NCBI GenBank assembly: GCA_038128265.1
Contig: JAYPJE010000035.1
Location: 1-43,544, forward strand
Reading direction: 5' to 3'
DNA length: 43,544 nucleotides
Source of the DNA: Gemmatimonadota bacterium
GTDB taxonomy: Bacteria > Latescibacterota > UBA2968 > UBA8231
Positions 1 to 8,155 of this stretch are shown one piece after another (the first letter of the stretch is position 1; each line of letters opens with the position of its first letter). The position numbers and the translations under genes are program-made. The notes beneath the pieces are model-generated. The model was not told the DNA's origin. It did not search any database and was given only the letters and a program-made list of their open reading frames with translations.

Positions 1-1
1 C

Positions 2-1048
2 GCCCACGCTGAACGGCACGGAGTACGAGAACAGCGATCGCTCGCCCTGCGTTACACTGACAGAAGCTAGGCCCTCTGTGACGGTTTCAGGCAGTTTTTT
101 ATTGAGGCTAAAGCCCGCGCGGCGACCGGGTGGAATCGACAAGATCTCTATCCGCTCTAGCGCGTCGGCAATGCTGACCGAAAACGTCAGTTCGACGGGC
201 TGCTCGGTCGGGTTAAAGGCGTATAGGTCGATGGCGGCCGTGCCGTCGGTAGCCAGATTCGGAATGCTATCCATCGTCATCTGCACCGAAGGGGTCTCGT
301 CGACCAGCGTCATCAAGTTGAATCCGTAGGGATCGAGATAGGGACCGCGACAGGGAATGCGCGCCTGCATCCAGGCTGGGAAGTGGTTTATGCCGAGCAT
401 CATGCGCCACTGGTCGCCGGCCTGATGAGGTCCGTCCAGTTCGAAATCCTCTGGCGTGGCGCGCATCTCCATTTCCCACCAGCGGCCGCCGTCGGGCGCT
501 GTGCCCGGATCGGTCAAACGGGCTTGGATCTCAAACTGGGGATTCCAGCTTTTAAACTGCTGGCCTAGCGCCAGGCGCGACGTGTCGCCGATAAAGCCGA
601 GGGCGTTGAGAAACCACTTGTAGGCGTTGGCCTTGTTGCCCGCCGGCACGTTGGCGCCCATCGGATGCCAGTTGAGCTCGAGGCCGGCGTCCCACACGTA
701 GGCTAGCCCCTGCGACCGACCTGCCGTTACGGCCGGTTTGTGCCCTGGCTTGATGTAGGTGCGGGCCGCAAAGTAGAGGTGATCGGGATCCCAGCCCAAA
801 TAGAACGTGGTGGGTCGCGGCAGGAGCGGTTTGCTCATATCGGTCGACTGGTCGGCCACGCCGCTGACGGCCAGCGCCTCTTGCCACTCGGTTGCGTTAA
901 TGGCCCCGTCGATAACGGGTGCTTGGCGCATGCGCGTGACGGCGAAGGAGGGCACCTCTATGAGCGCCTCATCGGCTCCTGCTGCTATGGTGAAAAGCAG
1001 TGCGCTCAGCGCGAGCAGACTGCGACGAAGATGTGTGCTCATATACAT
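2..1048 (-). CDS. Secreted carbohydrate-active protein with N-terminal CBM9/DOMON-like sugar-binding domain (runs off the left edge; possibly a glycoside hydrolase)
   Basis: Not in the ORF track (no stop inside the window). Manual translation from ATG 1048 (GGAG upstream; alternative ATG 1042): MYMSTHLRRSLLALSALLFTIAAGA-DEALIEVPSFAVTRMRQAPVIDGAINATEWQEA...TTFYLGWDPDHLYFAAR...WEMEMRA. This gives a signal peptide followed by the CBM9-like 'PxIDG...W' and 'WDxxxLY' motifs. Lies 26 nt downstream of the co-directional dioxygenase. Confidence 0.75.
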   Translation of the reverse strand, partial: MYMSTHLRRSLLALSALLFTIAAGADEALIEVPSFAVTRMRQAPVIDGAINATEWQEALAVSGVADQSTDMSKPLLPRPTTFYLGWDPDHLYFAARTYIKPGHKPAVTAGRSQGLAYVWDAGLELNWHPMGANVPAGNKANAYKWFLNALGFIGDTSRLALGQQFKSWNPQFEIQARLTDPGTAPDGGRWWEMEMRATPEDFELDGPHQAGDQWRMMLGINHFPAWMQARIPCRGPYLDPYGFNLMTLVDETPSVQMTMDSIPNLATDGTAAIDLYAFNPTEQPVELTFSVSIADALERIEILSIPPGRRAGFSLNKKLPETVTEGLASVSVTQGERSLFSYSVPFSVG

Positions 1049-1074
1049 GTGGCGTCTCCGTGCCGGATGCAGAT

Positions 1075-1899
1075 TTAATCCGTTCTCAGGCCAACGTGAT
1101 CGATGGGCTCGTCGGTGAATGCGACGTTGTGGTCCAACGGACCTTCGGGAAAAGCCGCTTCGCAGCCCGTGCCAAACTTGAGAATGCGACCTCGCTGGAG
1201 CCAGCCGATATTGTGGACCATGGCGATCATATGGCGCGGTCGATCGGCGCAGTTGGGCATGCCGCGATGCCACAGCCGCATGTCGCGAATCAGCACGCTG
1301 CCCTTGCGCGTATTGCCGCGGACGGGCGGAACGGTCGCGCGCCGCGCTGCTTCGGCTTCGGCGCTGATGACCGAGCCAAAGGTCGGGTCGAGATGCGAGC
1401 CGGGCCATAGCTCGATGCTGCCGTTGTCTTCCGATACGTCGTGCGGTGCGATATTGACCACCAGGCTAGCAGCCGGATGGGCCACTGTCAAGTTGGGCCA
1501 CAGGTGGTCCACGTCGCGGTGCAGCGGCTGCGTTTGGCTGCCGGGACAGTTGGTATTGCCGCTGTAGAGGCCGTTGAAGAAGCGATCGCCGAGCATGGCC
1601 TGACTGACCTGTACGACGAATGGATTAGCGACGATATCGCCAAAGACAAAGGGTGCAAAAGGTGGGGGGCCCAGCATGAGGTGACCGGGCAGTCCGCCGG
1701 CGCCGCTCCACTGCTTGGCATCGTACAGCAGCTTTGCATCTCGATCCATCTGTTCGTGCAGCTGCCCCAAGTGGTCGTGGGCAACGATGTCTTCTATGAC
1801 GACGTAGCCGTCTGTCTGCAGGGCCGCCAGCGCCTGGGCGAGGTGGGCCGGAGACAGCTGTTGGCTGGCGCGTTCGTCTGTGTCGAGCGCAATGTACAT
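1075..1899 (-). CDS. Phytanoyl-CoA dioxygenase family Fe(II)/2OG dioxygenase (KanJ-like)
   Basis: DGYVVIEDIV start motif, QPLHRD (HxD), NGSIELWPGSH, GSVLIRDMRLWHRG (distal His), RPRHM. Confidence 0.9.
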   Translation of the reverse strand: MYIALDTDERASQQLSPAHLAQALAALQTDGYVVIEDIVAHDHLGQLHEQMDRDAKLLYDAKQWSGAGGLPGHLMLGPPPFAPFVFGDIVANPFVVQVSQAMLGDRFFNGLYSGNTNCPGSQTQPLHRDVDHLWPNLTVAHPAASLVVNIAPHDVSEDNGSIELWPGSHLDPTFGSVISAEAEAARRATVPPVRGNTRKGSVLIRDMRLWHRGMPNCADRPRHMIAMVHNIGWLQRGRILKFGTGCEAAFPEGPLDHNVAFTDEPIDHVGLRTD

Positions 1900-2092
1900 G
1901 GCTGTTCCTTCTGTACGCTGACGGCAGCGGGAACGGCCGTTTGCAGGCAGCGCACGTCGTTGGTTTACATGGTCAAAGTTGAAGGTGCGTATGCGATAAC
2001 GCGGTCCGCAGCTAATATAGGCTTATCGCTCGCGCGACAAAGTGCTACATTTGTAGAGTGGAACGGATTTGATTTTAAAAGGCGGCTATCAA

Positions 2093-3709
2093 ATGGCACA
2101 CAAAAAACGTCCAAAGCGTATCGGTCTACTGCGACCGATGGATATCGAGCCGGATGTATGGGAAGCACTCAACGCGGCAAAGCGCGGTCAGACGCGCCGT
2201 CTGCAGCAGCTGCTGGCGCGCGACAAGAAGCTGGCCGTGGCGGAGTATTGGTATACGCAGCCGCTGCATTTTGCTGTGCGCGAAGGCCGTACGACAACAG
2301 TGGAAACGCTGCTGGCCAGCGGTGCGGACTCGACGTGGGTGCGCTATGGCCACGAAGATCTGGTCGTCGTGGCACGCGATCGCGGTCACGAGCGGGTTGC
2401 ACAGCTGCTCGAGGCGGATCGTCTGTTACACAACGTGCAGCAGACGAGTCAGGTCCACGTGGCGGCGCGGCGCGGTAACGTCAGCGCGGTGAGCGCGGCG
2501 CTGGCCCAAGATCCGGCTGCGATCAGCCGGGGCGATGAAGAGGGCTCGACGGCGCTGCACCACGCCGTTGAATGTGGACACCGCGCGCTCGTGACCTTTC
2601 TGGTTCAATGCGGTGCGCCGATTGATGCGGTGCAGCGCGGTAGCACGCACGACTGGTACCGGCCGCGCAACCAGCGACCGCTCGATACGGCGATGCGCCA
2701 GGGAGATCACCAGACGGTTGGGCTATTGCTGGGACTGGGAGCCGAGTACACGCTGGACGCGGCCGTATTTTCGGGTGATAGAACGGCGGCGCGTGCGCTG
2801 TGTCGACTCGGCAAGCAGCGCGCCCGCTACGGCGCCCAAGCGTTGATTTTTGCGACAAAAGCCGGAGACGAAGCGCTCGTGCGCCTGCTATTGAAGGGCG
2901 GAGTGCACCCGACCCAACCCGCGCAGGGCGCCCCCCGCGGTGCGGCGCTGTGGCACGCTGTGGCGGCGGGGCACGAGCGCATAGCCGAGCTCCTTTTGCA
3001 GCACGGCGCGGATCCCGAAGCGTGGATTGAGTCGTCTGGATCACCGCTGCACCGGGCCAAAGAAGAGTCGATGAAGTCGCTACTCTATCGCTATGGCGCA
3101 CGCCCTAAGTCTGCGGCGGACTTTGTATTGGAAGATCAGATCGACGCGGTTGCCGCGCTGGCCGAGCGCGATCCGCAGGGAACGTCTATTTCAGGCTGTG
3201 GGACGATCTACACCTTTGTCATTGCCTTCGACAAGCGGGCGATTTTCGACGTGCTGTTGGCGCAGGGCGTCCCCGTGCCACCCGTCGTCAACTCGTGTCG
3301 CTCCTACCTGTGGCGCCGGCCCGACATGACGAAAAGCCTGCTGGAGGTCGGCATGGATCCCAACTTGCCCAACTGGCAGTGGACCACTCCGCTGCACGAG
3401 CTGGCCCAGATCAATCTGATGGATGCTCGCCGCGCCCGTTCCGCCCAGCGCGGGGAGCACGACCTGCGCGAAGAAAAAATGGATCTTTTCGTTGAATTTG
3501 GCGCCGACATAGAGGCGATAGACGAAGAGTATCGCTCAACGCCGCTGGGTTGGGCAGCGCGCAGCGGTCAGGAAGACGCCGTGCGATGGCTGCTGGCACG
3601 CGGGGCCGACCCCAACGGGGGCGAAGATTGGGCGCGTCCGCTGGCCTGGGCCGAGCGGCGCGGACACGCCTCGATCGCGCGCGCGCTGCGCCGGGCTGGC
3701 GGTCGGTAA
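2093..3709 (+). CDS. Ankyrin-repeat protein
   Basis: Multiple ankyrin motifs: QPLHFAVREG, STALHHAVECGH, AALWHAVAAGHERIAELLLQHGADP, STPLGWAARSGQ, RPLAWAERRGH. ATG 2093 (AAAGGCGG upstream) preferred over TTG 2069. Confidence 0.9.
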   Translation: MAHKKRPKRIGLLRPMDIEPDVWEALNAAKRGQTRRLQQLLARDKKLAVAEYWYTQPLHFAVREGRTTTVETLLASGADSTWVRYGHEDLVVVARDRGHERVAQLLEADRLLHNVQQTSQVHVAARRGNVSAVSAALAQDPAAISRGDEEGSTALHHAVECGHRALVTFLVQCGAPIDAVQRGSTHDWYRPRNQRPLDTAMRQGDHQTVGLLLGLGAEYTLDAAVFSGDRTAARALCRLGKQRARYGAQALIFATKAGDEALVRLLLKGGVHPTQPAQGAPRGAALWHAVAAGHERIAELLLQHGADPEAWIESSGSPLHRAKEESMKSLLYRYGARPKSAADFVLEDQIDAVAALAERDPQGTSISGCGTIYTFVIAFDKRAIFDVLLAQGVPVPPVVNSCRSYLWRRPDMTKSLLEVGMDPNLPNWQWTTPLHELAQINLMDARRARSAQRGEHDLREEKMDLFVEFGADIEAIDEEYRSTPLGWAARSGQEDAVRWLLARGADPNGGEDWARPLAWAERRGHASIARALRRAGGR

Positions 3710-4020
3710 GGCTACCCTGTGCCACTTAAAACCGCTGGAAAGAGAGCGCAGTGCAAAAAAACCTTGACTAAACTCATAGGATGTCGTAAGGATAATGCGA
3801 TTTTTCTTCTGACACACTCGTGTCCCCCGAATGGCGCATCTCTCGACGTGTCGCACCGTGTTTTGGGGGGTGTGGATTGGGTGCTGCGATCTGGGTGAGC
3901 GCTGTTTTAGACCCCGGGAAAGGAGAGTAATACCGCAACTAAAGAGCTATATCTATAAGTTTTTAAACCTTTTACGTAGTATTTTTTCTCACGACACTAA
4001 AGAAAGGTGGGTATTCGCAG

Positions 4021-5952
4021 ATGAGAATACTGTCCAAACTTTCCCTCGTGTTTGCAATGGGTTTAGCTGCTGCGGTTTCCGTTAACGCGCAGTTCCTGCA
4101 CATAGGAAATCCCGATCTCCAGCTCCCAGATATGACGAGCGGAGGCAAGCCCGTAACGCTAGAGATCTCCGGTCTCAGCGATATGACCAACTACACGTTT
4201 GGCGGTGCGGATTTAGAGATTCCGTTCACCCTGAACGGCAGTGGAGCAACGGTCTGGCTCATCATCTATACGGATGGTTATAAAGCACCGTTCACCATCC
4301 GCGGTGAGGGTCCGGGTCCGTACCAGGATCCAGAGCACAACACCCCGGGCTGGAACGTGGTTGCCGGGACCGATGTCTTGGTCTACAAGTCCCCCGGCCA
4401 GCGCTTTAATGAAGGCGAAAACTCCATCGTCTGGAACGGTCGCGACATGTCCGGCAACGTAGTCGAGCGCGGATCGTATCAGATGTTTCTCGCCGCGTTT
4501 GACGACGAGGCCACGCCCCATATCGTGGGCGCCGCGGCTCGCCAGTTTGGCAGCGGTCAGACCATCTACATCAACCCATCGCGCGGCGAGTTCGTGAACT
4601 TCACGGGCGAAGTCGCCAACATGGAGAATGATTGGATTGCCGCCGGTATTGATGCATACGACCTAGTCGACAACCAGTCTGTTGTGGACGCCTGCGGCGA
4701 CCGCGAAGGATGTCCGACGGGTATGCTCAGCGCCACGCCGCTCAACGGCAGCATGACCGAGTGGATTGGCAACCATCGCGGCGGTGGGTTCGGCTGGCTC
4801 TATCGCTACCAGTACAACTGGGACACGCGCCAGATCACCATGCACGAAGATTGGGGCGAAGATGCCGGCGCCGAGTTTGGCGTGCTGAATCTTCAGGACG
4901 TCCTTCCGGGTCGTCAGTATGCCTCTACGACAAACCCAGAGAAGACCGTCGTGTATGCTACGGCGGGCGTCGCGGGCACGGTGAGCAAGATTGCCGCGTA
5001 CTCGATAGAGAGCGGTTCGCTCTTGGGCGAGTGGGATCTGACGGACATGTTCCTCTACGATAACAACGGCAGCGATCGTTCGGGTGGTCCCGGAACGATG
5101 GCCCGCTTTTACAACGGCGAGCCCGATCCGGCCGGTATAACTCTGTCGGGTCACCACACCTCGCTGACGGTTCGCTTGGACTATGAGGGCAACGTCGTGT
5201 ACATGAACCGCAACGGCGACGGATACGGCGACTCGCGCACCTTTTCCGAGGGCACGTTCGGCGACCTCGAATACGGCCACACGGAAGCACCGGCGTTCAA
5301 GTACTCGCTGTACTCCACCAAGTGGGGTTGGGTTACCAACATCGAAGCCGGTTCGAATACGACGCAGAACGGTTTCGTGTTGGGCGAGGACGGTTCGGGC
5401 CTGTTCCACTTTGAGCCCAAGAACATTCCCACCAGCTGGCCGCAGTACAACATCATCGTTGATGAAATGGACGGTGATTGGGACGGCGTGTATATGAGCA
5501 TCGGCGGTTTTGGCGATGCGGCAGCGGCGAACGACTTTGTTCCGGTGCCAGAGGAAGGTGCGTTGGCCATACTGTCGCACTATCCGATCGTGCACATGCC
5601 CTACGACCAGAAGCGCGCCCTATTGGGCGAGCCCGCGACGGCGGTTTACGAATTGGAAGGCGCAGCGTTGCCGACGGCGTACGAGATCAGCGATGCGGCT
5701 CCCAACCCGTTCAACCCCGAAACGTCGATCAATTTCTCGCTGCCCTGGGATGCTCCCATTCTGGTTGAGATCTACAACACTCAAGGCCAGAAAGTGCGCA
5801 CCCTGCTCGACGATCGCATGAATGCGGGTGAGTTCCGCATTTCTTGGGATGGTCGTGACGACAGCGGCGCTCAGGTCGGAAGCGGTATGTATATGTATCG
5901 CGTCCAGGCGCCGAACCTGAACGTCACGAGGAAAGTCACGTTGTTGAAGTAG
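4021..5952 (+). CDS. Exported surface protein with N-terminal FlgD-Ig-like domain and C-terminal FlgD-Ig/T9SS type A-like sorting domain
   Basis: Signal peptide (MRILSKLSLVFAMGLAAAVSVNA-Q). C-terminus PNPFNPETSINFSL...IYNTQGQKVRTL...WDGRDDSGAQVGSGMYMYRV...RKVTLLK. Second copy near the N-terminus (IPFTL...WNGRDMSGNVVERGSY). RBS AAAGGTGG. Confidence 0.85.
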   Translation: MRILSKLSLVFAMGLAAAVSVNAQFLHIGNPDLQLPDMTSGGKPVTLEISGLSDMTNYTFGGADLEIPFTLNGSGATVWLIIYTDGYKAPFTIRGEGPGPYQDPEHNTPGWNVVAGTDVLVYKSPGQRFNEGENSIVWNGRDMSGNVVERGSYQMFLAAFDDEATPHIVGAAARQFGSGQTIYINPSRGEFVNFTGEVANMENDWIAAGIDAYDLVDNQSVVDACGDREGCPTGMLSATPLNGSMTEWIGNHRGGGFGWLYRYQYNWDTRQITMHEDWGEDAGAEFGVLNLQDVLPGRQYASTTNPEKTVVYATAGVAGTVSKIAAYSIESGSLLGEWDLTDMFLYDNNGSDRSGGPGTMARFYNGEPDPAGITLSGHHTSLTVRLDYEGNVVYMNRNGDGYGDSRTFSEGTFGDLEYGHTEAPAFKYSLYSTKWGWVTNIEAGSNTTQNGFVLGEDGSGLFHFEPKNIPTSWPQYNIIVDEMDGDWDGVYMSIGGFGDAAAANDFVPVPEEGALAILSHYPIVHMPYDQKRALLGEPATAVYELEGAALPTAYEISDAAPNPFNPETSINFSLPWDAPILVEIYNTQGQKVRTLLDDRMNAGEFRISWDGRDDSGAQVGSGMYMYRVQAPNLNVTRKVTLLK

Positions 5953-5972
5953 CTCTGCTACTTGTTTGCATG

Positions 5973-6008
5973 ATAAGCCACCGGTGTATCCGTACGCCGG
6001 TGGCTTAT
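5973..6008 (+). terminator. Strong intercistronic stem-loop (leaky terminator or mRNA-stabilising hairpin)
   Basis: ATAAGCCACCGGTGTA-TCCG-TACGCCGGTGGCTTAT: 16-bp stem with one G.U pair and a UNCG-type tetraloop, followed by TATTACT rather than a clean U-run. A small second hairpin AAGTAGC-TCT-GCTACTT (5947-5963) spans the stop codon. Confidence 0.75.
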
Positions 6009-6031
6009 TATTACTGATAGGAGGACTGCCG

Positions 6032-8128
6032 TTGCACTGGGTTCGATTCGCCTTTGTACTTGCCGCTGTATGGGTGATGAACGCACGGGCAGAACAGCAG
6101 GTGGTTACCGCCTGGCCGACGACGACGAACTATCTAGGATTTATTGATTTTGAACAGGCGATAGACGGTCGCATACACGTGTTGATCGGGGGGCAGTACG
6201 CGCTCTATTTGGACGGTGAATTAGTCGGCGAGGGCGACGGCGGTGCTGGACTGGCTTCCTACGAGGTCTCGTTTTCTCGAAATACGAACAATATAGCTCT
6301 CGTAGTGGAAGACGAAGGCTTTCCCAATTCGTACGGATATTTTCTTGCCGTTGAAACGGAAGAGGCGCTGGTCGTCGCTTCGCCCAGCGATCGGACGTTT
6401 CCCTGGTTTTGGGCCGATTTTCCACTGCAAAATGAACCGGGTGCCGATTGGATGGAGCTGAGGTCCAATCGCTTGGACCGACACGAGGAAGACGGACAAT
6501 CGGTGACCTGGACGCCCGTGCAGGAAGGCTCTCTGTCGGGTGGCGCGTTTGCCGAGGTGCCGGGCTTGGACGCGGACGTCAGGAGTTTAGCTGGGTACCC
6601 AGGAGGCGCCGACGGCGGACGGGGCGGTCTGCAGCTGCGCTCGTTCAAGGGCGTTAACCTCGCGCTGGGCTCCTATTCTGCCGATCCAAACCTGGTAGAC
6701 GGCGATATAAATACCTCCTTTAACTTTCGAAGGGGCGCATCGGCGCTGCTGCAAAGCGCGCAGACGGATTTGGGCCGGCTGGTGCCCATAAGCAAGGTGC
6801 GCGTCCTGACCGAGCCCCCTTCTCGAGGAACGTTTGAAGACGTCTCGCTGCGGGGCTACAGCATATTTGTGAGCAAGGACGGCGTCGACTTCATTGAGGT
6901 CGGGTCCGCCAATAACATCGTCAATTTTCAGGAGACAACCGTCGAATTCCCGACGATTGTCGCGCGGCACGTTCGCCTAGTGGCGACGGATTTTTCAACG
7001 CGCGACGCGTCGCCTCGCGTGGGCGAAATGGAAGTTTACGGCGATGGCGTAGGTGCGAGCGGTCTCTATACGTCGCCTCCCATGAACCTAGCCGATGGCG
7101 CACCAATAAATTTTCGGGCCGTGCGTGCCTATGGCGAAGTGCCCGACCAAACGGATATGAAGCTGCGCTTTCGCACGGGCAACGACGGCGTCCTTTGGGA
7201 AGAGTGGTCCCCGTGGCAGGCGGCCAGCGCGTCGGGACTAGACGTGGCCGAACCGCGCAGCCAACTTCAGTTTCAGGTCCTGATGGACTCGCGCGACGTG
7301 CTGGTTTCGCCGCGCTTGGATAGCCTACATATCGAGTACGACGCAGAGATTATTCCGGCCCGGGGCGCGCAGTCTTGGATTGCTCCGCTGCAGGTGCCGA
7401 TTGGCCAGGACGTCGACTTTACCTATCGGCTGCAAATCGAGATGGAAGGCGCTGAGGGCGAGGGCGTCGAGCGTGTTGCCGTACTGACGCAGTGGCCGGC
7501 CACGGTCGACTGGAATGCGATCACCTCTACCGGCGCAGCCAGCGTTGACCTGGAGCGATCCTACGCAACCGACGATTCGCTCGTCGTACACTTTTCGCCG
7601 CCTATCGCCGAGACGACGGAGCTGACGATTCCATTTACCAGCCGTCTGCTCTCGGCCAAGCATCGCTTTTCGTCGTTTCTCTTTTCCCCCCAGTCGTCCA
7701 ACCCGCTCAAAACAGACGAGCGCGGTGGCGTAGACGAGGAGAGTGGTGAGTCGTTTGCGGTAACCGTGACGACCGACGATTTCGAAATTCCCATTCTCCA
7801 GGACGTCGAGGTTAGTCCTGCGATTGTCACGCCCAATGGGGATGGCATTAACGACAGCGCGTCGCTGCGCTTCACGCTAGGTCGGATGGAAAATGCCACC
7901 CTTCGGTTGGAAGTATATACCATGTCGGGTCAGCGCGTGCGCACACTTTCATACGAGGGGATAAATGCAGGCCGCTACGGCGGCTGGGGCTCCTCTTCTC
8001 TAGTGCGTTGGGACGGGCGTGATGACGCGGGCCACCTGGTCACTCCCGGCGTTTACGTGTATAAACTGGTCGTTGAGCTAGATCCGACTGAACGCGCTTC
8101 GGTAGGGTCAATCGGCGTAGCTTGGTAA
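6032..8128 (+). CDS. Exported protein with discoidin/F5-8-like domain and C-terminal FlgD-Ig / gliding-motility-associated (CHU_C, type B CTD-like) domain
   Basis: TTG 6032 follows AGGAGG and gives a signal peptide (LHWVRFAFVLAAVWVMNARA). NLALG..NLVDGD...TDLGRLVPISKVRV...YSIFVSKDG...ARHVRL...EMEVYG is the discoidin pattern. C-terminus VSPAIVTPNGDGIND...VYTMSGQRVRTL...WDGRDDAGHLVTPGVYVY. Confidence 0.8.
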   Translation: MHWVRFAFVLAAVWVMNARAEQQVVTAWPTTTNYLGFIDFEQAIDGRIHVLIGGQYALYLDGELVGEGDGGAGLASYEVSFSRNTNNIALVVEDEGFPNSYGYFLAVETEEALVVASPSDRTFPWFWADFPLQNEPGADWMELRSNRLDRHEEDGQSVTWTPVQEGSLSGGAFAEVPGLDADVRSLAGYPGGADGGRGGLQLRSFKGVNLALGSYSADPNLVDGDINTSFNFRRGASALLQSAQTDLGRLVPISKVRVLTEPPSRGTFEDVSLRGYSIFVSKDGVDFIEVGSANNIVNFQETTVEFPTIVARHVRLVATDFSTRDASPRVGEMEVYGDGVGASGLYTSPPMNLADGAPINFRAVRAYGEVPDQTDMKLRFRTGNDGVLWEEWSPWQAASASGLDVAEPRSQLQFQVLMDSRDVLVSPRLDSLHIEYDAEIIPARGAQSWIAPLQVPIGQDVDFTYRLQIEMEGAEGEGVERVAVLTQWPATVDWNAITSTGAASVDLERSYATDDSLVVHFSPPIAETTELTIPFTSRLLSAKHRFSSFLFSPQSSNPLKTDERGGVDEESGESFAVTVTTDDFEIPILQDVEVSPAIVTPNGDGINDSASLRFTLGRMENATLRLEVYTMSGQRVRTLSYEGINAGRYGGWGSSSLVRWDGRDDAGHLVTPGVYVYKLVVELDPTERASVGSIGVAW

Positions 8129-8155
8129 ACGATATTGAATAACTGCCACAGGTCA

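Noticed and set aside
1441..2478. 345-aa plus-strand ORF
   Set aside because: Antisense shadow of the dioxygenase and off-frame overlap with the ankyrin gene; no motifs.
4663..5595. 310-aa minus-strand ORF (and similar ones at 11051, 14233, 15226, 42588)
   Set aside because: Antisense shadows of well-supported genes, expected with biased codon usage in GC-rich DNA.
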